DNA of 24,015 nt from an uncultured Clostridia bacterium (GCA_947629605.1 CANREK010000001.1:1-24015); one strand, 5' to 3'. Counted from the stretch's first letter, positions 1 to 6,983 are shown. A program made the numbers and translations. Notes: generated from the sequence alone by a model not told the origin.

Positions 1-285
1 CATGACATCGGCGATGTCGGAGGCATGTCCCTCCTCGGCGAGGGAGATGCAGTATAAAAGACTGCTCTTGTCGATGCTTCCGCCCGCTTCCACGGTGGAA
101 AGGAGGCTTAAAACGACCTCTCCGCCGACATCCGCCTTCTCGCCCGTGAGCCGTATCTCGGTGCCCTCGACATGCGTCATGAGATCGAGTTCCCGCGCTA
201 TAAGTGCGAGATTTTCATCGAAAATGCCGAGCACCGCGCTCAATTTTGCGAGGCTTCCCGTGTCGACCGTGACAGTTTTTTCCAT
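1..285 (-). CDS. phoH: PhoH family protein, N-terminal part (runs off window edge)
   Basis: ATG at 285 with GAGGAGG RBS just after the yqfD stop. Frame is open to position 1: MEKTVTVDTGSLAKLSAVLGIFDENLALIARELDL... The G-x-x-D-E-N-L pattern resembles PhoH N-termini, and yqfC-yqfD-phoH is conserved Firmicute synteny. The ATPase domain lies outside the window. Confidence 0.7.
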   Translation of the reverse strand, partial: MEKTVTVDTGSLAKLSAVLGIFDENLALIARELDLMTHVEGTEIRLTGEKADVGGEVVLSLLSTVEAGGSIDKSSLLYCISLAEEGHASDIADVM

Positions 286-293
286 GTTCCTCC

Positions 294-1151
294 TCAGCCG
301 AAGTTTCTTGCTCCTTCGGCATGGCCCGTACCCTCGACCAGCCAGCCGTTTGCCGTCTTTGTCGTATGTAACTCCGTTAGTTCCCCAAAATCCAAAAGCG
401 CTTGCAGACGCGCCTGTTCCTCTCCCGTGGCATACTCTTTCGCAACGGGGAAAGAGACCTTGACGCGGGCGACGACGATACAGTTCTGTTTCTCCTCGCC
501 GAACAGCATGTAACTGCCGACGACTTCCTGCCCCGCCTCCACGCTGTCTCCCACAGACACAAGGGGCGTGCCGCGGAGCACCGTGAGCGCTTCCACCGTC
601 CCCGCCGCGGGGGCAAAAAGAGGAGTGGGGTCGGCTTTTTGGGTCTCGTCGCCGACTTCCACATCGACGGTGAGAATGCCCCCTTCCCCTTTGACCGAAC
701 AAAAATGCACGCGCGGAAGGGACAAGATCTCGGCGGCCACCTCATTGGGGCTCGGCATCGCGGAGAAGTACCCCACGCCCCGCCCGTCGAGAATGGACAG
801 GATCTGCGGCCTCAGATAGGCGCCGCTCCCCGTGACATCGATCCTAAGGACCCTGTTCTGCAAGGAAAGTACGGCGAGAAGCGCGACCGCAACCCCGAGG
901 AGAATTCCGACGCCGCGGCGGGCCCTTTCAAGCACACGCATAAGTCCCAATGGGTGTGACTTATTTATATTATAACACGACCCACTGAGAATTGCAAAGG
1001 TTTTTTTTCGTTCATTTGCGGATACGACAATTTTCAACCGATTTTTCGGCGCTTTTTTGGCAGAAAGGATGGTGATGCCCTCTCTTCGGAGGCGGTCGAC
1101 GGCCCGATGCACGGAGAGACCTTGAAGTTCGAACTCATAACAAAACATCAT
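294..1151 (-). CDS. yqfD: Sporulation protein YqfD (stage IV) family
   Basis: N-terminal soluble part, one TM segment, then IDVTG...GGILTVDV and APAAGTVEALTVLRGTPLVSVGDSVEAGQEVV motifs typical of YqfD. Start moved from 1208 to ATG 1151, which makes an ATGA overlap with the upstream stop. Confidence 0.75.
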   Translation of the reverse strand: MMFCYEFELQGLSVHRAVDRLRREGITILSAKKAPKNRLKIVVSANERKKTFAILSGSCYNINKSHPLGLMRVLERARRGVGILLGVAVALLAVLSLQNRVLRIDVTGSGAYLRPQILSILDGRGVGYFSAMPSPNEVAAEILSLPRVHFCSVKGEGGILTVDVEVGDETQKADPTPLFAPAAGTVEALTVLRGTPLVSVGDSVEAGQEVVGSYMLFGEEKQNCIVVARVKVSFPVAKEYATGEEQARLQALLDFGELTELHTTKTANGWLVEGTGHAEGARNFG

Positions 1152-1399
1152 GCGCCGCGTTCCACCTTTTTGATGTCGCCGACGACACTGACGTCGCCGA
1201 GGTAGCACTTGCCGAGAGAAAGGGCATTTCCCTCAATCGTGACGGTCCCCCGCTTCCCCGCGAGCACGATGCGCTCTTCGGAGAATTCGAGGATCTTTTT
1301 GACGTTCTGAAAGTATCCGCCCCTGCCGTCCTGCACCGTGTATTGCACCCTGCTCGTGTCGAGCTCCCGCGCCCCGCTCTTTCCAAGAAAATCCCTCAT
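1148..1399 (-). CDS. yqfC: YabP/YqfC family sporulation protein
   Basis: 83 aa with FQNVKKILEFSEERIVL...VTIEGNALSL...GDVSVVGDIKKV, matching the YabP/YqfC pattern. Lies immediately upstream of yqfD. Confidence 0.7.
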   Translation of the reverse strand: MRDFLGKSGARELDTSRVQYTVQDGRGGYFQNVKKILEFSEERIVLAGKRGTVTIEGNALSLGKCYLGDVSVVGDIKKVERGA

Positions 1400-1407
1400 A
1401 TGTGCTT

Positions 1408-1434
1408 ATTTTATGCGACTTATGTGCGTTTTAC
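1408..1434 (-). promoter_or_regulatory. Putative sigmaE/sigmaK-type sporulation promoter of yqfC-yqfD
   Basis: Minus strand GTA-N16-CATAAAAT against the B. subtilis sigmaE consensus ATa-N16-18-cATAcanT. yqfCD is sigmaE-dependent in B. subtilis. The -35 match is weak. Confidence 0.45.
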
Positions 1435-1483
1435 TACTTGTGATCGCCTTGTGGAGGGCGGGCGCAACGCAGGTGCGTGCGGT

Positions 1484-1847
1484 GTCATGCTGAGCCACGC
1501 GCATTCTTGTTGCACTAAGCGCGGCACGAGGAGCGTAGCGACGAAGTAGCGCAGCGAAGAATCCCAGCAAACGGGCGGAGCAACACCCCCTCAGTCGCTA
1601 CGCGACAGCTCCCCCTCAAGGGGGCGCCAAGAGTCCGCCTTGCCCACCCCTTCGAGGGGTGGGTGTCACGCAGTGACGGGAGGGGTGTCATTAGTATGTG
1701 TCCTGTTGCGGCGGCAGGGACCGCCGCAACCCGTCGGCGAGGCCACGCCTCCTGTCGCGGCGCAGCTCACAGCCCACAGGGCTGTTGAGCAGAATTGCGC
1801 CGCTCCGCCACAATTTTTCATTTTTAATTTATAATTTTTAATTTCAT
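1484..1847. repeat. REP/BIME-like palindromic repeat cluster 1
   Basis: GTCATGCTG..GAAGAATCCC arm (1484-1565), B unit (1583-1624), C unit (1644-1687), hairpins 1706-1731 and 1757-1803, heptamer tract 1808-1847. Modules recur at 12185-12459 and 19725-19941. Confidence 0.9.
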
Positions 1848-1856
1848 AAAAAACGG

Positions 1857-1885
1857 TTTACATTGTGGTCAAAGCATGCTATAAT
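1857..1885 (+). promoter_or_regulatory. sigmaA promoter of thiT leader
   Basis: TTTACA (1857-1862), 17 bp spacer, TG-n-TATAAT (1880-1885), directly upstream of the riboswitch. Confidence 0.8.
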
Positions 1886-1903
1886 AGGAACACAATTTGA
1901 ATA

Positions 1904-1980
1904 TCCGTCGTGGGTGCCCCATGGGGCTGAGATGATACCATTTGAATCGGGCAAGGTAATGCTTGCACGAAAGCAACGGA
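1904..1980 (+). ncRNA. TPP (THI-box) riboswitch aptamer, variant P4/P5
   Basis: P1 UCCGU/ACGGA, GGU-GCCC-CAUG-GGGC-UGAGA-UGAU-ACC, UUUGAA junction, P5 CAAG-GUAAUG-CUUG. Lies upstream of a thiamine transporter and is followed by a terminator. Confidence 0.8.
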
Positions 1981-2000
1981 AACTCTTCGGAAAAATTCTG

Positions 2001-2032
2001 CCGCTCACGCCCTCTTTTGTGAGCGGTTTTTT
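2001..2032 (+). terminator. Attenuator terminator of the riboswitch expression platform
   Basis: CCGCTCAC-N10-GTGAGCGG followed by TTTTTT, between the aptamer and the thiT RBS. Confidence 0.85.
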
Positions 2033-2075
2033 CTCCGTCACGGACATTCAAACACACATCTTACGGAGGTTTTTT

Positions 2076-3209
2076 ATGTTTCTCAATTCCCTCTTGGCGG
2101 ACAAACCCGTGTGGTATCCCGTCCTATTTGATTCCCCGCTCAACATTGCGCGGGGCATTGCGTTTTGGCTGACGCTCATTCTCGCCATCGGTTTTGTGCT
2201 CGGCGCATTGCTCTTGAAGGGGCCGCAGCGGAAAAAATTCCTTAGATATGCTTCGATTTCCGCCATCGCCTACGCCTGTGCGGTCGCCCTGCTGTTCCTC
2301 ATTTGGACTTTCGTTGATGACGGCATAGTGACAATGCTCTTCGTTCCCATACTGATCCTCATCGTCGCGATCGCCGGAAGCGCTGTTACCCTGTTTTTCA
2401 ACCGCTCCAAGACCGTTGTCACTGTGCTTGCTTGCACTGTTGGCGCAGCCGCTGTTGCAACCCTTGTCTGCCTCGGTGTGTTCTATGCCCGGAACATCGC
2501 GGGCGACGGCTACTACAACTCCGAAGTCGCGTCGGTCAATCAAATCGTCCTCTACATCAGTGCGGCCGCGCTCATCGTCGTCATCGTTGCACTCGGATTC
2601 CTTCTCGGCACGGGCGACAAAAAGGGATTCGACAGCAAATCGATTGCCTATGCGGGCATCTGCATCGCCATGAGCTTTGCGCTCTCCTATGTGAGATTTT
2701 TCAAGCTCCCGCAGGGCGGTTCCGTGACCCTCGCCTCCCTTCTCCCCCTCATGATCTATTCGTGCATGTTCGGAACGCGTAAGGGCGTATTTGCGGGGCT
2801 CATCTACGGCATTTTACAGGCGGTACAGGATCCCTACATCATCCATCCCGCACAGTTCCTTTTGGACTACCCCATCGCCTTTGCCGCGATCGGGCTTGCG
2901 GGGGCATTCTTCAATGTGAAAAAACTCGATCGGCTTCCGCAGGTGCAGTTTGCGCTCGGCGCGATCGTTGCAAGTGCGCTCCGCTATCTCTCCCATGTGC
3001 TCTCGGGCGTGTTTGCCTTCTCCGCCTATGCCGCCGACGCCGAAATGGGCGCGTGGATCTACTCCCTCGCCTACAACTCCTTTGTGTTCGCCGACATCGC
3101 GATCGCGATCGTGGTCGGGATCCTCGTGTTCAGTTCCAAGTCCTTTGTGAAGGAAGTCAAAAAAGTCCGCCCCGCCGAAAAGAAAGAGGAACCGGCGGAA
3201 GAGGAATGA
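2076..3209 (+). CDS. thiT: ECF S-component thiamine transporter ThiT (YuaJ family) with about 180-aa N-terminal membrane extension
   Basis: GGAGG RBS before ATG 2076. The C-terminal half has AMSFALSYVRFFKLPQGGSVTLASLLPL, PAQFLLDYPIAF and HVLSGVFAF...SLAYN motifs of ThiT. TPP riboswitch upstream. Confidence 0.85.
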   Translation: MFLNSLLADKPVWYPVLFDSPLNIARGIAFWLTLILAIGFVLGALLLKGPQRKKFLRYASISAIAYACAVALLFLIWTFVDDGIVTMLFVPILILIVAIAGSAVTLFFNRSKTVVTVLACTVGAAAVATLVCLGVFYARNIAGDGYYNSEVASVNQIVLYISAAALIVVIVALGFLLGTGDKKGFDSKSIAYAGICIAMSFALSYVRFFKLPQGGSVTLASLLPLMIYSCMFGTRKGVFAGLIYGILQAVQDPYIIHPAQFLLDYPIAFAAIGLAGAFFNVKKLDRLPQVQFALGAIVASALRYLSHVLSGVFAFSAYAADAEMGAWIYSLAYNSFVFADIAIAIVVGILVFSSKSFVKEVKKVRPAEKKEEPAEEE

Positions 3210-3247
3210 CTTTTTACGGTTTTACCCCGTGGAAGCCAACCCGCAGG

Positions 3248-3476
3248 TGCGGCGTCATGCTGAGCAGTGGACTACAAGCGCAGTCTACGGGAGCATGTCC
3301 GAAGCATCTCGCCGCACCATTGTGGACATCGCCCCGCGAGATTCTTCGGAATTGCCCCCGTACTCTCTATGAGCCCCGTGGCTCAGAATGACGCGGGGCG
3401 AGCAAAGCGCTTACAGATAAATCATTCCCCACCACAATTTTTCATTTTTCATTTTTCATTTTTAATTTTCAATTTC
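3248..3476. repeat. REP-like repeat cluster 2 (153-bp E unit plus heptamer tract)
   Basis: 3248-3400 aligns without gaps to 21515-21667 (16 mismatches by eye). Its ends GTCATGCTGAGC and GCTCAGAATGAC are inverted arms. ATTTTTC/A heptamers at 3432-3476. Confidence 0.9.
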
Positions 3477-3505
3477 AAAAAAAGCGCCTTTGGGGCGCTT
3501 TTTTT
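3477..3505. terminator. Bidirectional intrinsic terminator between thiT and rseP
   Basis: AAAAAAA-GCGCC-loop-GGCGC-TTTTTTT between convergent genes. Confidence 0.85.
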
Positions 3506-3522
3506 GATACTTATGTTGCGAT

Positions 3523-4833
3523 TTACACGAATTGCAGAACGTCGACGAGGATGGCAAAACCGATGAGGAGCACAAAGCCGACGGCGTGGATGACCGCCTC
3601 GATCTTGCGGGAAATGGGTTTGCCCCGCGCCCATTCGATGGCGGTGAACACGACCTTACTGCCGTCGAGGGCGGGTATGGGTAGCAGGTTGAATACGGCG
3701 AGATTGACGCCGATGAGGGCGGAAATTTCCAAAAAATCCCTTACGCCCTGCGAGGCGATCTGCGAGGTCATGGTGATCGTCGTCACGGGTCCGCCGAGGG
3801 CATTGAGCCCCAGCCGTCCCGTCAGAAGTTCCCCGATGACCTTAAAGATGGACCCCGCGAGGCGCCACGAATACACGAAGGAGTGGCCGAGCGTGGCGCC
3901 GAACCCGAGGCGGTTGGATGCGGTGCCGAGCATGTAATATCTGCCGTCCTCTCTCGTCTCGACGTCGATGCCGAGGGCGCTCCACACGCCGTTGAAATCG
4001 GCGCTGTTCTTGACCTCGACGGCGGTGCGGAGCACGACCGTGACTTTTTCCTCCCGCCGCGTGCCGTCCTCTTGGAGACGGGAGACGGTGAATTCTACCC
4101 TGTCGCCCTCCGCCCTGTGGTTGATGGCCGAGGCGATGTCCGTCGTGAGGTAGAAATCGTGCCCCTCGGCGCCGAGCAGATAGTCCCCCGCTTGCAGGGA
4201 GAGTTCGGGCCCCCATGTGTCCGAGGGGGCAACGCCGCGCACTTCGATGACGCTTTGGCCGAAGGAGAAAAACTCGATGAGGATGAGGAACAGCGCCAAG
4301 AGATAGTTCATGGTCGCACCCGCGACGAGCACGATGATGCGCTTCCACGGCTTCATGTGGGTGAAGTCGCCGTCGTCCGACCAGTGACGCTTGGGAGGGT
4401 CGGAAGGCTCGGGGCGGACCCCCTCTGAGTTCCCCTCCTCAGTCGCCTGTGGCGACAGCTCCCCCCCAAGGGGGAGCTCTGTTTCGTCCTCTATGGCGGG
4501 GGCGGGGTCCGTCAATTCGATGTGCTCTCCCTCTTCGGCGGTCTCTTCAAAGGGTGGAGCGGGCGGGGCGGGCTCATCGAGGCCGTCCTCGCCGTGGAAG
4601 GCGCAGTACCCGCCGAGCGGAATGAGGCGCACGGCAAAGAGTTCCCCCGACTTCTTCCGCGTGATCTTAAAGAGCGCGGGACCGAATCCCACGGAGAACT
4701 CGTCAATCTTGAATTTCAACACCTTTCCCGCGATATAGTGCCCGAATTCGTGAATGGTGATCATCACGAGAAGGATGAGAATGGCGAGCGCGACCGAGCC
4801 GATCGTGCTCCAAACAGTCAAGAGATTACCCAT
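3523..4833 (-). CDS. rseP: RIP metalloprotease RseP (site-2 protease, M50) with long acidic/Pro-rich loop insertion
   Basis: HEFGH zinc motif, RLIPLGGY, PDZ-like region and NLLPIPALDG. Follows dxr with an 8-nt overlap. Confidence 0.95.
   Translation of the reverse strand: MGNLLTVWSTIGSVALAILILLVMITIHEFGHYIAGKVLKFKIDEFSVGFGPALFKITRKKSGELFAVRLIPLGGYCAFHGEDGLDEPAPPAPPFEETAEEGEHIELTDPAPAIEDETELPLGGELSPQATEEGNSEGVRPEPSDPPKRHWSDDGDFTHMKPWKRIIVLVAGATMNYLLALFLILIEFFSFGQSVIEVRGVAPSDTWGPELSLQAGDYLLGAEGHDFYLTTDIASAINHRAEGDRVEFTVSRLQEDGTRREEKVTVVLRTAVEVKNSADFNGVWSALGIDVETREDGRYYMLGTASNRLGFGATLGHSFVYSWRLAGSIFKVIGELLTGRLGLNALGGPVTTITMTSQIASQGVRDFLEISALIGVNLAVFNLLPIPALDGSKVVFTAIEWARGKPISRKIEAVIHAVGFVLLIGFAILVDVLQFV
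4432..4479. repeat. B-type palindromic repeat unit inside the rseP coding sequence
   Basis: CCTCAGTCGC-CTGTG-GCGACAGCTCCCCCCCAAGGGGGAGC matches intergenic CCTCAGTCGC-TAC-GCGACAGCTCCCCCTCAAGGGGG at 1589-1624. It is read as ELPLGGELSPQATEEG. Confidence 0.85.
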
Positions 4834-5914
4834 CGATCAAGCGCCGCGCCTCCTCCCGCGCCCGCGCGTCGGCGCGGGACAGCGTTCCGTAGCTGTCCGC
4901 CCTCTCGGAGGGAATATGACTGAGAACGCCTTCGATAGTTTCTGCGATCTTCAAGAACCCTATTCTCCCCTGTAAAAATGCCTGTACGGCGATCTCCGCC
5001 GCCCCGTTGAGGAGCGTCGGGGCCGTTCCCCCTTCCTTGCCCGCCGCGATGGCGAGGCCGTAGCAGGGGAATTTTTCCTCGGGCAGCCGTTCAAAGTGCA
5101 GCGTCCCGACCTCGGCAAGGTCCACCGCTTCACAGCAGGGAAGCCGCGAAGGGTACGTCAGGGCGAGCTGAATGGGAAGTTTCATGTCGGGATAGCCGAG
5201 CTGGGCGAGCATGGCGCCGTCCTCAAAGAGCACGAGGGAATGCACGATGCTCTCGGGGTGCACCACGGCCTGAATTTGCGAAAACTCCGCCCCGTACAGC
5301 CACTTCGCCTCGATGACTTCATAGCCCTTGTTGAGGAGCGTCGCGCTGTCGATCGTGATCTTCGCCCCCATCTTCCACGTGGGATGGCGTAGGGCGTCGG
5401 CGGCCGTCACATTCTGCAAAATTTGAGAGTTATAGTGCAAAAACGGGCCCCCGCTCGCCGTCAGAATGAGTTTTTTGAAGGGGGCGTCCCGTTTCATTCC
5501 GAGGCACTGGAAGAGGGCGGAATGCTCGCTGTCCACGGGCACGATGTCGACCCCTTTCTTTTTCGCCGCTCTCGTGACGAGTTCGCCGCCGCACACCAGA
5601 CTTTCCTTGTTGGCGAGGGCGACCGTCTTGCCCTCTTCGATGGCGGCAAGGGTGTAGCGAAGTCCCGCAAAGCCGCCCGAGGCGATGAAGGCGACGTCGG
5701 CATCCGAAAAGAGCGCCGAGTGCGACGGGATGTCGGCGGCGAGGCATGCGATCTTGGGGGAGAACTCCCTTTGGAGCGCGTCGAGCCCCGCCCGATCGCT
5801 TCCCGCGACCAGCGTCGTAAAACAAAATTCCTCCCTGTGGGAGCGAACGACCTCTGCGACCTGCCGTCCGATGCTGCCTGTGCAGCCGATGAGTGCGATT
5901 TTTTTCATTTTCAT
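4826..5914 (-). CDS. dxr: 1-deoxy-D-xylulose-5-phosphate reductoisomerase
   Basis: GCTGSIG, LANKESLV, VDSEHSALFQ, SGGPF and HPTWKMGAKITIDSATLLNKG motifs. Start could be 5914 or 5908. Confidence 0.97.
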   Translation of the reverse strand: MKMKKIALIGCTGSIGRQVAEVVRSHREEFCFTTLVAGSDRAGLDALQREFSPKIACLAADIPSHSALFSDADVAFIASGGFAGLRYTLAAIEEGKTVALANKESLVCGGELVTRAAKKKGVDIVPVDSEHSALFQCLGMKRDAPFKKLILTASGGPFLHYNSQILQNVTAADALRHPTWKMGAKITIDSATLLNKGYEVIEAKWLYGAEFSQIQAVVHPESIVHSLVLFEDGAMLAQLGYPDMKLPIQLALTYPSRLPCCEAVDLAEVGTLHFERLPEEKFPCYGLAIAAGKEGGTAPTLLNGAAEIAVQAFLQGRIGFLKIAETIEGVLSHIPSERADSYGTLSRADARAREEARRLIDG

Positions 5915-5963
5915 TGAAAACGCCCGCCTGCGCGAGCGTCGGATACAGAATATGATATGCTTC

Positions 5964-6974
5964 TCAGCCGAAAATCATGATGCGGATGACGACAACGAGG
6001 CAGACGATGAGCCCCGCATAGAGCGAAGAGTCGATCCTGTCGAGGATCCCGCCGTGGCCGGGGAGAAGTTTGCCCATGTCCTTGATGCCGATCTTGCGCT
6101 TGATGGCGCTCTCGACGAGGTCGCCGACCTCGCAGAACACCGCCGTCAGAACGCCGAGGCCGATGAAAAAGAGCGCTTCGGGGAAGTTGAAGGTGAATTC
6201 CCCGCGGATCGGGGCGGCAAGAATGCTTTCGGGAATGAGCGTCAGGCCATAGTAACAGAAGAAGATGACCGCGCCGCCGAGCGCGCCGCCGAAGAGCCCG
6301 CCGAGCCCGCCGACGACCGTCTTTTTGGGGGAGACGTGCGGCGCCATCTTTTTGGGGAACCTCTTGCCGAGCCACTTCCCGAACACGAGCGCAAAGGAAT
6401 CGGCGAACGGGCAGAGCACGAACACAAAAAGGAGCGCGAGCACAGAATAGATCTCAAAATGGTTGCAGACGGAGAGTACGACGAGGAAATTCGACGGATA
6501 GACGAAGGATAAAAGCGCATAGCCCGTCGATTCGAGCGAGGTCTCCTCGTGGCGGAACACGAGCAGGGACAAAAGCACGGCAAGGCCCGCGATGAACACG
6601 CCGCTCGTGATAAAGACGGAGTAGTTTCTGCCGACGGTCTCCGAGGGGTCTGCCCCGGGTGCGGGCAGCATGATGTCGAGAAGGTCGGAGAAGATGTAGT
6701 CGCTGATGGCGTACGTCAGAACGATGAGCGCCGCAAAGACCATGACGATGACCCGCTGGGCCTTGGTCATCTTGTCGCGGAAGGCCCTGAGCATTTCAAA
6801 GGTCCCGATGACGGTGAAGGCCAAAATGAGCGCATCGAAAAAGAGCACGTTCACAAAGACCTTCAAGGCAAAAAACACAAGAAGTACTGCGCAATAGGCG
6901 ATGCCCGTGAAGAGCCTCACCCAAAATTCATCCAATTTTTTCGGCGCGGGTGCGCCGATCTGCTCTGTTTCCAT
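5964..6974 (-). CDS. cdsA: Phosphatidate cytidylyltransferase
   Basis: Polytopic membrane protein with SPKKTVVG and GDLVESAIKRKIGIKDMGKLLPGHGGILDRIDS signature. uppS-cdsA-dxr synteny. Confidence 0.95.
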   Translation of the reverse strand: METEQIGAPAPKKLDEFWVRLFTGIAYCAVLLVFFALKVFVNVLFFDALILAFTVIGTFEMLRAFRDKMTKAQRVIVMVFAALIVLTYAISDYIFSDLLDIMLPAPGADPSETVGRNYSVFITSGVFIAGLAVLLSLLVFRHEETSLESTGYALLSFVYPSNFLVVLSVCNHFEIYSVLALLFVFVLCPFADSFALVFGKWLGKRFPKKMAPHVSPKKTVVGGLGGLFGGALGGAVIFFCYYGLTLIPESILAAPIRGEFTFNFPEALFFIGLGVLTAVFCEVGDLVESAIKRKIGIKDMGKLLPGHGGILDRIDSSLYAGLIVCLVVVIRIMIFG

Positions 6975-6983
6975 GATGTATCC

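Noticed and set aside
1863-2075. ORF-track N-terminal extension of thiT (448 aa)
   Set aside because: It runs through the promoter, riboswitch and terminator. The GGAGG RBS supports ATG 2076. The extensions called for yqfD, uppS, pyrH, ylxM, rnc and plsX were trimmed for similar reasons.
6628-6668. GC-rich hairpin in a cdsA loop as a second in-frame repeat insertion
   Set aside because: Only an 11-nt match (ACCCCTCGGAG) to the C unit, which is insufficient without orthologue alignment.
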